Assembly: GCA_048060725.1 (NCBI GenBank)
Contig: JBGMQU010000006.1
Span: 1-54,115 of the forward strand
Origin: Gemmatimonadota bacterium
Lineage (GTDB): Bacteria; Gemmatimonadota; Gemmatimonadetes; Palauibacterales; Palauibacteraceae
DNA: 54,115 nucleotides
Direction of reading: 5' to 3'
The translations under genes and the position numbers were made by a program. This document shows positions 27,023 through 36,571 of the stretch, one piece after another. Numbering within the stretch: the first letter of the stretch is position 1; each line of letters starts with the position of its first letter. The notes below the pieces were generated by a model. That model saw only the letters and a program-made list of their open reading frames with translations, searched no databases and was not told the DNA's origin.

Positions 27023-29245
27023 TCACTCCGCGTTCCCTGCCGGCTCCGATGGGGCGCTCTCCGTCGACTCGTCTTCGAGTTCGGCTTTCGCGAAATGCTC
27101 GATCTCGGCCATGGCTTCCACCGGCGAAGGCATCTTGAAGTCGACCGGGCAGTCCTCGACGGACTGCTCGATGTCGCGGATCGGGCAGCGCGTCACGCCC
27201 GATGCCTTGGCCTCCTCGATGAACTTCCTCATCTCATCGCTGATCCCATCGACTCCGGCGGCCTCCGCCCTGGCCTGTTTGGCCTTCATCTCGTTGAACA
27301 TCACGAGCATGGTGTCGAGGTCGAACTCGTCCGCGGCGATCATGGCGTCTTTGTTTTCGTCCATCACCTCGGATGTCACGCGCCACAGATCGGAATTGCG
27401 CGCGAATCTCTCGACGGTATTCCGCGCGAGGGGTCTCGCGATCAGGGGGACTCGGGCGAGCCGGCCGAACGCCTCGTACGTCCACACGATGGGGTCGCTC
27501 ACCGTCCGGTCTCGTGGTATCTCGTTGTCCGTGACCGGACAGCGCGCCATCACCGGCGGCGGCGTCTCGAAGTGGTCCGCATCGGCAGTTTCGACCACCG
27601 TTCGTTTCATCGATTCCTCCGCCTTGACCTCGGCCAGGGCGAGTTCTTCGGCATCACCGATCCCCATCACGAGTTGCATGTGGGTGGGGAGCAGCTTCTT
27701 GATCGCCTCATCCAGGCGCTCCTTCGTCACGACCGGGAGTTCGTCACGACTCTTTATCTCCGGGACGTCCCCGTTCGATCCGTTCGCGTTCGCCGCCTCG
27801 ACGACCTCCCGAATCGAGGGGGCGGTACCGGTCTCGAGCGCTGCGGCCGCCATCCCTGCGGTTCCGTTGTCGTGGTCCGCCTGGTGCTTCTTTTCATCTT
27901 TCGGGTTCGGGACGAACGCGGCCGCGTACTGGCTGCCGGGACCGTGGTTCTCGAGGACAAATTCTTCGACGGCTTTTCTCGCGATCCCCAGCGCAAAGGG
28001 CGGGACGCGAAGAATCCGCACCTCCGCCTCCGGGGCCCACTCGAGACCCGTCTCGCCGTCTTCCTCGATCCACGGAATCTCCTCCGGCCGTACATCGGTC
28101 GTGCCGATGAGAAGGACGTTGCAGTCGGTCAGGCGCACCAGGTTGTCGGCCTGCGACCCCAGATCGGTTCCCTCGATGCGGTGCGAGCCGTGCCGGGCGA
28201 TCACCATGAGCGACGGTTCGATCTCGTCGGCCCACTTGAGCATGGCGTCGAACGGTTTGCCAATCAGGACCTGCGTCTCGGTCTCGACGTCGGGATACTC
28301 GCTCGCCATGACCTGTGCCCGCTTGAGATTGGCCTTGCACAGCCGCAGGAGACCCTTGTCGATGATGTTGTTGTGAAGTTCCTCCTGCTCCTCGAACTTG
28401 AACACCTTCGACGCCTGGACCGAGAGCACGTCCTTGATGTTGTTAAAGACGACGTGGTGGTACTGGACGTCGAACGCGCTCGCGATAAACAGTTTGGCCC
28501 CGTACTCCTGCGCCATCTCGAGTGCGACCCGGAGGCCTTTGTACGCGTACGCCGATCCGTCCACACCGATCAGCCAGTTGCCCCCTGCAAGTGGCGTTTG
28601 ATTGCGAACGATCAATACGTCCCTGTCGATTCGGCGAACGGCCCGGGCGACGACTCCACCCAGCTGACTCCTCTTCTGGCGGCCGAGCCCGTGCGCGCCC
28701 ATGACGACGAGGTCGTACTCCCGGCCGGACGTGCCGGCGAGCTTGTCTTCCTGTTCCTCTTCTTCCGCGATGAGCCGTCCGTTTTCGCCCATCTGTACAT
28801 CACTTCGCTGCGTCTCGCTGCCGTCGTAGTTGTGGGCGATGTTCGGATCGAAACCGATCAGGCTGGGGAGCCGTCCACCTCCACGGTTCGACTCGTTGAT
28901 GATTTCCTCGTAGTTGATCCCCTCCAGCAGTTGCCGCGTCGCGTTGACGCCGGCCTCGGTGCACCGCCTGTGGAGGAGGTCGAGGAAACTGTCCGAGATG
29001 AGTTGAAGTCCCTTCTCGATCAGCTTGTCGTGGATCTTACGCTGCCGACGAATCTCCGCCGGTTCCTGGAACTGTGCGGGCAAACCGATCTCGAGCTGCC
29101 GAAACCGAATGTCGTGGAGTCGCGCCGCATATACATGGGACCCCGTGAGGCGGCCTTCGGAAAGCTTGCACACCTCGATCGCCCGGTCGACGGCCCAGTC
29201 GGACTCGAGGGAGTTGTCGACGGGTACGAGAAGCTCTCGATACAT
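27023..29245 (-). CDS. Tandem universal stress protein domains plus two PCP_red-like domains
   Basis: USP motifs LLVPVDNS, LVVMGAHGLG, IGVDGS and IARHG..LGSQA. PCP_red-like WAPEAEVRILRVPPFA and WTYEAFGRLARVPLIAR. Confidence 0.85.
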   Translation of the reverse strand: MYRELLVPVDNSLESDWAVDRAIEVCKLSEGRLTGSHVYAARLHDIRFRQLEIGLPAQFQEPAEIRRQRKIHDKLIEKGLQLISDSFLDLLHRRCTEAGVNATRQLLEGINYEEIINESNRGGGRLPSLIGFDPNIAHNYDGSETQRSDVQMGENGRLIAEEEEQEDKLAGTSGREYDLVVMGAHGLGRQKRSQLGGVVARAVRRIDRDVLIVRNQTPLAGGNWLIGVDGSAYAYKGLRVALEMAQEYGAKLFIASAFDVQYHHVVFNNIKDVLSVQASKVFKFEEQEELHNNIIDKGLLRLCKANLKRAQVMASEYPDVETETQVLIGKPFDAMLKWADEIEPSLMVIARHGSHRIEGTDLGSQADNLVRLTDCNVLLIGTTDVRPEEIPWIEEDGETGLEWAPEAEVRILRVPPFALGIARKAVEEFVLENHGPGSQYAAAFVPNPKDEKKHQADHDNGTAGMAAAALETGTAPSIREVVEAANANGSNGDVPEIKSRDELPVVTKERLDEAIKKLLPTHMQLVMGIGDAEELALAEVKAEESMKRTVVETADADHFETPPPVMARCPVTDNEIPRDRTVSDPIVWTYEAFGRLARVPLIARPLARNTVERFARNSDLWRVTSEVMDENKDAMIAADEFDLDTMLVMFNEMKAKQARAEAAGVDGISDEMRKFIEEAKASGVTRCPIRDIEQSVEDCPVDFKMPSPVEAMAEIEHFAKAELEDESTESAPSEPAGNAE

Positions 29246-29494
29246 GGCACTCCCGTTCGCGCGGTGGATGGAATTCCCTGCGGAACGGGCGCGCCCCTCC
29301 CCCCGGGAGTCGGCAACGCCACCTCACGCTTTTCTTACTCGGCCGTCACGACGGCCCGGGAATTCTATGGATCTATGAAGCCGATACGAGCCGAGAGCGG
29401 CTCGCCGGATCGCTCTCAATCACCCCGCCGAGATACCGAGCGCCGTAGGGCGCGTGAGGAAGGTGGGGTTGCCCCCCACGATTGTCAAAGCCCC

Positions 29495-30223
29495 TCAACC
29501 AACGTTCGGCCACTCCAATCTCCGGGTCCATACGCGAGCCAGAACTGCAACCAGAAGGGCGGCGATCACGGCGACGAGAAGTGCGGGAAACCACCCTTCC
29601 GAAGGAGCGCCGCCGGATGCCTGGACGCCTGCGAGAGCCTCCTGCAACGGCCGGTACGGGTTCCACCGGGCGACTTCACGGGTCCACCCCGCCACGGGAG
29701 TGCGGAAGAATCCCGCGAAATGAAGGAGCAGCAGCGAGACTGCGGCGCTCACGAGGGCGGCCTCTGCGAGCGACTGAACGATCGCCGCGAGGATGCGGCC
29801 CAAGATGTTGGCTGTGGCCAATGCCACGACCATGGCAACGGCGAGATCGCCGAGATCTTCTCCGGTCGCGGTGCCGGCCGTCCACACGAGGACGATCGTG
29901 ACGGGCAACAGCTGGACGATGTCGAGTGCAGTCCCCGCAAGGACCGCCTCCGCGAACCATCGTCGACGCGAATAGCCGGTCAGGAAGATCGCGTCGAGCC
30001 AGCCGGTACGCGCATCGCGGACCGTAGGGATGGCCGAACCGAAGGTCGCGAAAAAGATGAAGAACACGCCAAACACCGCGGTCCTGTGCGGGGCCGCCGC
30101 GTCGCTCAGGGCCACCGGAGCGAGGAGCAGCATAGGTACGGCGACGTTCCAGACGAACAGACGCTTCCGAGCCAGGGCGGTGCGCCACGCGAGAGACCAG
30201 ACCGTCACGACGTCCTCCGCCAT
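29495..30223 (-). CDS. ABC-2-type transporter permease
   Basis: About 6 TM segments and RWNPY. Immediately downstream of the ABC ATPase. Confidence 0.75.
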   Translation of the reverse strand: MAEDVVTVWSLAWRTALARKRLFVWNVAVPMLLLAPVALSDAAAPHRTAVFGVFFIFFATFGSAIPTVRDARTGWLDAIFLTGYSRRRWFAEAVLAGTALDIVQLLPVTIVLVWTAGTATGEDLGDLAVAMVVALATANILGRILAAIVQSLAEAALVSAAVSLLLLHFAGFFRTPVAGWTREVARWNPYRPLQEALAGVQASGGAPSEGWFPALLVAVIAALLVAVLARVWTRRLEWPNVG

Positions 30224-31164
30224 GCGTCCGTCTTCAGGCGCTGTCCGGTCACCTGGAAATAGGCCTCCTGCAAGCTGGGCTCGCGGACGCGCACGGCCGT
30301 GACATGCGCCCCCGCTCCGAAGAGCCATTCCAGGAGCCCGGGAAGCGAGGTGGCCGGATCGGGGGTGCGAAACGTGAGGTGATCCCCGTCCTTCTCGACT
30401 CTGGTGATCCCTGCCGGCAGTTCCTCCGGGACGCTCCCCCCCGGGTATCCGCCGGGAGCGAACGAGATGTCGATTCGCGCGTCGTCCGACAGGTTCGCGA
30501 CGAAGCTGGAGGGGACGTCGACCTCCAGGAGCCGCCCGTCCGTCATAAACCCCACACGATCACACAGGGTCGCCGCGAACGCGGGGTCGTGGGTCGACAG
30601 GATCACGCACTGGCCGCCATTCGCCGCCGCGCGCACCTCGGAACCGAGACGTTCCCTTGCGGCCGGGTCGAGCCCCGCGAGCGGCTCGTCGAGCAGGAGA
30701 CAGTTCGCACGCGCCGCGAACGCGATGGCCAACCCCAGCCGATGCTCCGTGCCGCGAGAGTAGCTGGAAACGGCCCGTTGGCTCGCGTCGTCCAGGTCGA
30801 ACCGGGCAAGGGCCTCGTCAGCGCGGCGCGACGCCTCCGTGGGAGCCTCTCCCCTCAGTCGCAACAAGGCAATCGCGTTGTCTCGCCCGGACAGCCAGCC
30901 CTGGAACACCGGGCGATCCAGCGCGAGGGACGGAGGGTTGTCGCCGCGCAGCGCAATCTCGGGAGTCGGTCGGTGTGCAGCCCGGGCGATGGCCCGGAGC
31001 AGGGTTGTCTTCCCGCATCCGTTCGGCCCGAGAAGCCCCAGTACCGCGCCCCGGTCCGCGGCCAGCGACACATCCCTGAGCGCGACCGTCCGGTCGGGGT
31101 AGACGAACCCCAGTCCCGAGACGCACACCTCCACCTGGTCACCTGAGGGCGCGGCGATGGTCAC
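30205..31164 (-). CDS. ABC transporter ATP-binding protein
   Basis: Walker A GPNGCGKTT, degenerate signature YSRGT, Walker B LLLDEP, STH switch. The GTG overlaps the ferredoxin stop. Confidence 0.9.
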   Translation of the reverse strand: MTIAAPSGDQVEVCVSGLGFVYPDRTVALRDVSLAADRGAVLGLLGPNGCGKTTLLRAIARAAHRPTPEIALRGDNPPSLALDRPVFQGWLSGRDNAIALLRLRGEAPTEASRRADEALARFDLDDASQRAVSSYSRGTEHRLGLAIAFAARANCLLLDEPLAGLDPAARERLGSEVRAAANGGQCVILSTHDPAFAATLCDRVGFMTDGRLLEVDVPSSFVANLSDDARIDISFAPGGYPGGSVPEELPAGITRVEKDGDHLTFRTPDPATSLPGLLEWLFGAGAHVTAVRVREPSLQEAYFQVTGQRLKTDAWRRTS

Positions 31165-31406
31165 GGGACGATCGCCAACTCGTCCTCGAATACGGTGATG
31201 GCGTCGACGGGACACGAGGCGCACGCGGCGAGCAACTCGTCGCGTCCCACCGATTCCGGCGCGGCGAACACGGCGATCCCCTCGTCGTCGAGACGGAAGG
31301 CACCCTCCGATTCCGTGACGCAGTCGCCAAAGCCGACGCACAGATCGCGGTCGATCTCGATGCGAAGCGGGCCCACCACCCGGAGGTTGCGTGCGTCGTC
31401 GCTCAC
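31161..31406 (-). CDS. Ferredoxin, probably single-cluster [3Fe-4S] type
   Basis: IDRDLCVGFGDC...CPVDAI, with the second Cys position replaced by Phe. Confidence 0.85.
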   Translation of the reverse strand: MSDDARNLRVVGPLRIEIDRDLCVGFGDCVTESEGAFRLDDEGIAVFAAPESVGRDELLAACASCPVDAITVFEDELAIVP

Positions 31407-31858
31407 ATGCCCTCGAGCCCGAGGTCGGTGCGGGCCTGATCCATGATCTCAGGAGTCAACTCCGCGATTCCGTGATCCCGCGCGTACTCCGTGTAGATCT
31501 TCTTCACCATCCCCCTCACGAAGGATGGGACGTGGCCCAGACGCTCGACCGCCTCCACCGACCATGTCACTCGTAGAGGCACCTCGGAGCCGCCGGTCGG
31601 CCCCGCCTCCTCGAATGCATCGTCGCGGCCGGTGGCCACGCCCGAACGGATGCCTTCGAACGGGGCCTCCGGGACCGTTCGGCCTCCGACCTTCACGCCC
31701 AGCGAACTCACGAGTTGCGTTTCCATCGGGTTGGTCAACATCGCCATCATCCGTTTGCACGATGGACAGCGGAAGACGGCCGTCAGCGTACCGTCACCGG
31801 GCAACTGCCGCTCCTCGAATGCCATCTGTTCGTCGCAGTCGACGCAAAGAAATTTCAC
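31403..31858 (-). CDS. Zinc-ribbon plus PCP_red-like domain protein
   Basis: CVDC and CPSC. C-terminal WSVEAVERLGHVPSFVRGMVKK...LTPEIMDQAR. Confidence 0.8.
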   Translation of the reverse strand: MKFLCVDCDEQMAFEERQLPGDGTLTAVFRCPSCKRMMAMLTNPMETQLVSSLGVKVGGRTVPEAPFEGIRSGVATGRDDAFEEAGPTGGSEVPLRVTWSVEAVERLGHVPSFVRGMVKKIYTEYARDHGIAELTPEIMDQARTDLGLEGM

Positions 31859-32766
31859 CGGGCACCTCCGGCCGTCTCGTCGGACGCCATCGACTCCGCG
31901 AGCGTGCGGGCCAGATGCGCGAACACTCGCGCCGTCTCCGACTCCTCGCGCAGCCAGGTGGAAAGACGCCCTTCCTCGGCCGCGTCACCCAGGTCAGGGT
32001 CCAGGGGCAGACGCGTCAGTACCGGAACATCGAACCGCGCGGACAGGTCGTCTCCCGCGGCGCCCGCGTGAAGCGGTCCGACGTGTCCGCAACCTCCGCA
32101 CCGGTATCCCGACATGTTCTCGACGATGCCGAACACCTCGATTCCCCGACGCGCACAGAGATCCAGCGACCGCGCTACGGCGTCGCCCGAAGCGCCCGAC
32201 GGAATCGTCACGGCGAGGACCCCGGAGAGGCCCGGGACGAGCTCGTGGAGGTCGACCAGTCGCCGGGTTCCCGGGGGCAGGTCTACGAGAAGGACGTCCA
32301 GGCTGCCCCACGCCACGTCGGAGAGGAACTCCCGGAGGGCGCCGCGTTCCTGCGCACCTCGCCAGACGAAGCCCGCCTCGGCCGGCTCATGCCAGTCGAC
32401 CGATGCGTCGTCGCGGACGAGGAGCGCCATCGACATCAGCGCGATCCCTCCTGCAGACCGGGCGGGCTCGATGTCGGTGTCCGACTGGGCAAGGCCGCCG
32501 CGCGCAACGCCGAGCATCCGTACGAGGCTCGGCCCGTTGAGATCAGCGTCCACGACTCCCACCCGCATGCCGCGGTGGGCCAACGCCGTCGCCACCGCTG
32601 CCGTCACGAGGCTCTTTCCCACACCGCCCTTCCCGCTCATGACACCGACGACGGAATCGACCGCTGCGAGCCGCTCGTCGACACGCTCTTGCTGACGTCC
32701 GACCTGATCACCAAGGTCCGACGACCCACCCTCGAGTTCTGCGTACGAGCGTATCTTCATGGCCAT
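31855..32766 (-). CDS. Mrp/NBP35 (ApbC-like) Fe-S carrier ATPase
   Basis: Motifs SGKGGVGKS, DADLNGPS, DLPPGT and VENMS..CGGC. Confidence 0.9.
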   Translation of the reverse strand: MAMKIRSYAELEGGSSDLGDQVGRQQERVDERLAAVDSVVGVMSGKGGVGKSLVTAAVATALAHRGMRVGVVDADLNGPSLVRMLGVARGGLAQSDTDIEPARSAGGIALMSMALLVRDDASVDWHEPAEAGFVWRGAQERGALREFLSDVAWGSLDVLLVDLPPGTRRLVDLHELVPGLSGVLAVTIPSGASGDAVARSLDLCARRGIEVFGIVENMSGYRCGGCGHVGPLHAGAAGDDLSARFDVPVLTRLPLDPDLGDAAEEGRLSTWLREESETARVFAHLARTLAESMASDETAGGAR

Positions 32767-32960
32767 GAGTCGGTTACAGATCCCATCCGGCCTGCGCCAG
32801 CATCCAGAGGTTTATGACGATCACGACCAGCGCGGTAAGAGTGCCCAGAATACGAGGGCCGCGACAAGCGCGCCTGACACGAGACCCTCGAGATACTCCA
32901 CCGGGCCACGACTCGTCCTCTCTCCCTGGCTGAACCGCGAGAGAGCCCTGCGCGCGACGC

Positions 32961-32985
32961 ACCGTACTTCTTCCGCAGGCTTCCA
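32961..32985 (-). repeat. Dispersed 25-bp motif, copy D
   Basis: TGGAAGCCTGCGGAAGAAGTACGGT. Confidence 0.55.
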
Positions 32986-33062
32986 TGCAAGCGATGTTTC
33001 CGCCGACGCCGCGCGGCACTACCATTCGGCGGTCAGGCACGAGCGCTTCTCGCGAGGACCAT

Positions 33063-33266
33063 ATGACGCTGATCGGGTTTCACCGGACGTTGATCACGGT
33101 CGCCATCCTGTTCTGCGGAGGCTTCTCCGCCTGGGAGTACTCTGCGTACACTCGGGATGGAGGCTCCGGATCTCTCGCCCTCGCGATCGCCTTCGCGGTG
33201 ATCACGGTCGGTCTGATCTACTACCTGATCAACCTGCAGCGCTTTCTCGACGGACGCACGAGCTGA
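33063..33266 (+). CDS. Small two-TM membrane protein (67 aa)
   Basis: GAGGA RBS followed by ATG. Two hydrophobic helices. Confidence 0.7.
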   Translation: MTLIGFHRTLITVAILFCGGFSAWEYSAYTRDGGSGSLALAIAFAVITVGLIYYLINLQRFLDGRTS

Positions 33267-33907
33267 CCGAGTCGCCGACAGGGTCCACCGGTCTCGGGGC
33301 GGCGCGTCCCCTGTGGCTCCTCCTTGCCGCAGCGGCGTTCTTCCTCCTCCTCCTCTACCTCTTCGTCTCGTCGTTTCAACGGGCCGAAGTCCTTTCGTAT
33401 GAACCGGGGGGCGACGAATCCAATCCGGCGCGTGGCGGTTTCGCGACGGATACGGTGACGCTGGATGCTCGGGACGGAGATGGATGGGTCTACTACAGCT
33501 TCGAGCGTGGCGCCACCGTGGATGGTACCGTCGACCCCGACTGGGACATCGCCGTGCAGCGCTTCCATTTCGTCACGAATGGCGGTGCGGGATATCCGGG
33601 CGAGGCGGGTGCCGTGGCCATTCCCCTCTCGTACGACGAAGTGATCGAGGCCCCGGAGTCCGGCTACTCCACGACGGAGGGAGCACTGCACGATGCGCCC
33701 TCCAACCCGGCCCTCGAGCGCTGGTACACGTACAGTTTTTTCGCCCACACACTCGAGCCGAAGCCGGAGACCTACGTGATCCGGACGTCCGACGGGCGCT
33801 TCGCCAAGCTGGGGGTGATCAGCTACTACTGTCCCGAGGCCACCCCGGGCTGTTTCACGTTTCGCTACGCCTATCAGGGAGGTGGCAGCAGCCGCCTGGT
33901 GGAGTGA
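33263..33907 (+). CDS. HmuY-family heme-binding protein, TM-anchored
   Basis: Motifs WVYYSF, DWDIAVQR..TNGG and WYTYSFFAH..YVIRTSDGRFAKL..SYY. Start uncertain (CTG overlapping the upstream TGA). Confidence 0.8.
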   Translation: MTESPTGSTGLGAARPLWLLLAAAAFFLLLLYLFVSSFQRAEVLSYEPGGDESNPARGGFATDTVTLDARDGDGWVYYSFERGATVDGTVDPDWDIAVQRFHFVTNGGAGYPGEAGAVAIPLSYDEVIEAPESGYSTTEGALHDAPSNPALERWYTYSFFAHTLEPKPETYVIRTSDGRFAKLGVISYYCPEATPGCFTFRYAYQGGGSSRLVE

Positions 33908-33914
33908 TCCCCCT

Positions 33915-34862
33915 TCAAAGGATGTCGGCCGCGCCCCGGAGAAGCAGTTCTTCGGCGAGGGACTCGCCGATACGCGCCGCTTCCGCCACGGGTCCCGTGG
34001 CACTCCCCTCGATCGGATCGACCGAGGAGTCGGCTGCGTAGACCGCGGCGCGTAGGGAAAGCCGTCCGTCGGCCACCGTCGCATACGCGGCGATCGGTAC
34101 GTGGCACCCTCCTTCGAGCCGGCCGAGCAGGCGGCGTTCGGCAATTACGGCGGCCGCGGTTTCGGGGTCATGAAGGGGGGCGGCGAGCGCTCTCACCCGC
34201 CGGTCACTCGGCCTCGACTGGACGGCGAGCGCGCCCTGCCCGGGAGCCGGAAGCCACGAGGGAGGATCGAGCAGTACGGCACCCTCTGGCCACAAGCCGA
34301 GCCTTCTGAGTCCTGCTGCCGCCAGGATCACGCCGTCCAGCGCCCCCTCTCCGACCTTCGCCAGCCTCGTCTCGACGTTGCCCCGGACGGCTGCGACTTC
34401 GACGTCGATGAGCAGTCGCCGCACCTGGGCCGCCCGTCTGACCGACGACGTGCCGATTGTCAGCCCGCCCGGGTAGTCGTTCGGCGACGAAGCGCCACTA
34501 CGCAACTCGGGCCGAACGACCAGAACGTCTCTCGCATCCTCGCGCAGCGGAATGGCTGCCAGGTGGTCATCCCCGGGCCGGTCGGTCGGAAGATCCTTCA
34601 GCGAGTGCACGACGAGATCGATCCTGCCGTCGTGCAGGGCGATCTCGAGATCCTCGGTAAACACACCCTTGCCTCCGATATCGGGCAGCGGCGTATCGGG
34701 ATCGCGGTCTCCGGCCGTGGACAGGGTGACGTACTCGACGTGCAGTCCCGGGAAGGCGTCCGCCATCCGTTCGCCGACCCACTCCGCCTGTGCCCGGGCC
34801 AGCCGCGACCGACGTGAGCCGATGCGCACTCGGCCGAGGGCAGAGCCACCCGCTCGGGTCAC
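33915..34862 (-). CDS. hemC: Hydroxymethylbilane synthase (porphobilinogen deaminase)
   Basis: Motifs IGSRRSRLARAQ, GGKGVFT, VHSLKDLP, GTSSVRR, RGNVETRL, PAPGQGAL and EGGCHVP. Confidence 0.96.
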   Translation of the reverse strand: MTRAGGSALGRVRIGSRRSRLARAQAEWVGERMADAFPGLHVEYVTLSTAGDRDPDTPLPDIGGKGVFTEDLEIALHDGRIDLVVHSLKDLPTDRPGDDHLAAIPLREDARDVLVVRPELRSGASSPNDYPGGLTIGTSSVRRAAQVRRLLIDVEVAAVRGNVETRLAKVGEGALDGVILAAAGLRRLGLWPEGAVLLDPPSWLPAPGQGALAVQSRPSDRRVRALAAPLHDPETAAAVIAERRLLGRLEGGCHVPIAAYATVADGRLSLRAAVYAADSSVDPIEGSATGPVAEAARIGESLAEELLLRGAADIL

Positions 34863-36571
34863 CGGAGGTAGTAGACGACCAGGTAGGCGGCCAGCAGGAT
34901 CGCGACCCACATAACCGTGTCTCCTGTGGACCAGGTGCGGCCCCAGATGCCTCGAGGTCCGTGGTGTCGTTGCACCCGCTCGACCGATCCTCGAACCGCC
35001 GCGACCGCTCCGTCGGTGACCTGGGCGTGGAACCGGCCGCCGACGCGGGCGAAGGCGCCGAGGATTCGAGGGATCGCCCGTCGGTAGACCCAGTCGGAAT
35101 CGAGGACGGTCGACCTCATTTCTGCGGGATACAACCCGGTCCGCATGAGCACGGCGAAGGCGAGCGTCGCCCAGAGCAACAACTGCAGCTGCGTGATCAC
35201 GTGGGTCGGCGTGTACACCTGGTAGTCCACGTCGTACGGGAGCAGCGCGTAGAGCGGCGCCGGAAAAACCCCGATCCCGATGCAAAGCGCCGCCATGCCA
35301 CCCATGGCCAGCAACATGTTGGTTGGCGCTTCTTTGCAACGGATCCCGGAGTCATGCGCGAAGAAGGCGAAGAACGGAATCTTGATTCCCGAATGCTCCA
35401 TCACCCCGGCCGATGCGAACGTGAGCCCGAGGAACGCCCAGAACATGCCGCCATCCCCTACAGCGGAGACGATCATCGACTTCGTGGCGAATCCGCTGAA
35501 CAACGGGAACGCCGCGATCGACATCGCCCCGATGATGCAGAACGTGGCCGTGAGCGGCATGGACTTGTACAACCCACCGAGTTCGGACGCCTTCACCGTC
35601 CCTGCCCTGTAGAGAACCGCGCCCATCGACATGAACAGGAGGCCCTTGTAGGCCAGGTGGGCGAACGCGTGAGCCACCGCTCCGTTCAGAGCCAGCTCGG
35701 TTCCCACCCCGATCCCGACCACCATGAACCCGAGCTGGTTGTTCAGGCTGTATGCGAGCACGCGGCGCAGATCGTTCTCGATCACGGCGAAGAAGATCGG
35801 AAAAATCGTCATCACGATCCCGATCGGGATCAGGATCTCAGTCCCGGCGTATCCTCGGGCCAGCGCATAGATCGCGAGCTTCGTCGTGAAGGCACTGAGA
35901 AAGACCGTCCCCGTCACCGTGGCTTCCGGATAGGAATCCTGGAGCCAGTTGTGGAGGAAGGGGAACGCCGCCTTGATGCCGAAGGCGAGAAAGATGAGGT
36001 TCGTTCCGAGCGACCCCAACCCGAGATGGTCGAACGCCAGCGATCCCGTTGCCTGGTAGTGGAGGATCGCGCCGGCCAGCAGCAACACTCCCGACGTGAC
36101 CTGAATGATCAGATAGCGCATACCCGCGCGGTATGACCGCTCGGTCCGGCTGGCCCAGATCAGAAAGACCGAGGCGACGGCAGTCAGTTCCCAATACACG
36201 AAGAGCGTGATCAGGTCTCCCGCGAAGACCGCTGCGATGCCGGCTCCGGCATACGCGGTTCCCGCTACGTGCTGGACGGCGTCCTTGACGTGCGCAGCGT
36301 AGACGACGGACAGAAACGCGACGATGTGGAAGATCAGCCCGAAGACGAGCGCCAGCTTGTCGATTCGGGCCAGCGTGAGCGTGTATCCGAGAAGCTCGAT
36401 CTGCTGGTGCGCCCCCTCCGGAAGACCGAACAAGCCCAGCAACTGGACGGCGCTCAGCAGCGGCAACGCCAGGATGTAGAGCGTGCGGGCCCGCCCCCGA
36501 AACAGAGGGATGAAGAGGGCCCCGACGATCATGATCGAGGCGGGCGGCAGCCCCGCGAGAACGCTACTCAT
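34859..36571 (-). CDS. Mrp antiporter MrpD-like subunit
   Basis: Motifs FVYWEL, GIKAAFPFLHNWL, FTTK and LAYS. NuoL/M/N-like fold. Confidence 0.88.
   Translation of the reverse strand: MSSVLAGLPPASIMIVGALFIPLFRGRARTLYILALPLLSAVQLLGLFGLPEGAHQQIELLGYTLTLARIDKLALVFGLIFHIVAFLSVVYAAHVKDAVQHVAGTAYAGAGIAAVFAGDLITLFVYWELTAVASVFLIWASRTERSYRAGMRYLIIQVTSGVLLLAGAILHYQATGSLAFDHLGLGSLGTNLIFLAFGIKAAFPFLHNWLQDSYPEATVTGTVFLSAFTTKLAIYALARGYAGTEILIPIGIVMTIFPIFFAVIENDLRRVLAYSLNNQLGFMVVGIGVGTELALNGAVAHAFAHLAYKGLLFMSMGAVLYRAGTVKASELGGLYKSMPLTATFCIIGAMSIAAFPLFSGFATKSMIVSAVGDGGMFWAFLGLTFASAGVMEHSGIKIPFFAFFAHDSGIRCKEAPTNMLLAMGGMAALCIGIGVFPAPLYALLPYDVDYQVYTPTHVITQLQLLLWATLAFAVLMRTGLYPAEMRSTVLDSDWVYRRAIPRILGAFARVGGRFHAQVTDGAVAAVRGSVERVQRHHGPRGIWGRTWSTGDTVMWVAILLAAYLVVYYLR

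Noticed and set aside
26867-30262. 1131-aa plus-strand ORF
   Set aside because: Antisense shadow of the USP and ABC permease genes in high-GC DNA. No motifs.
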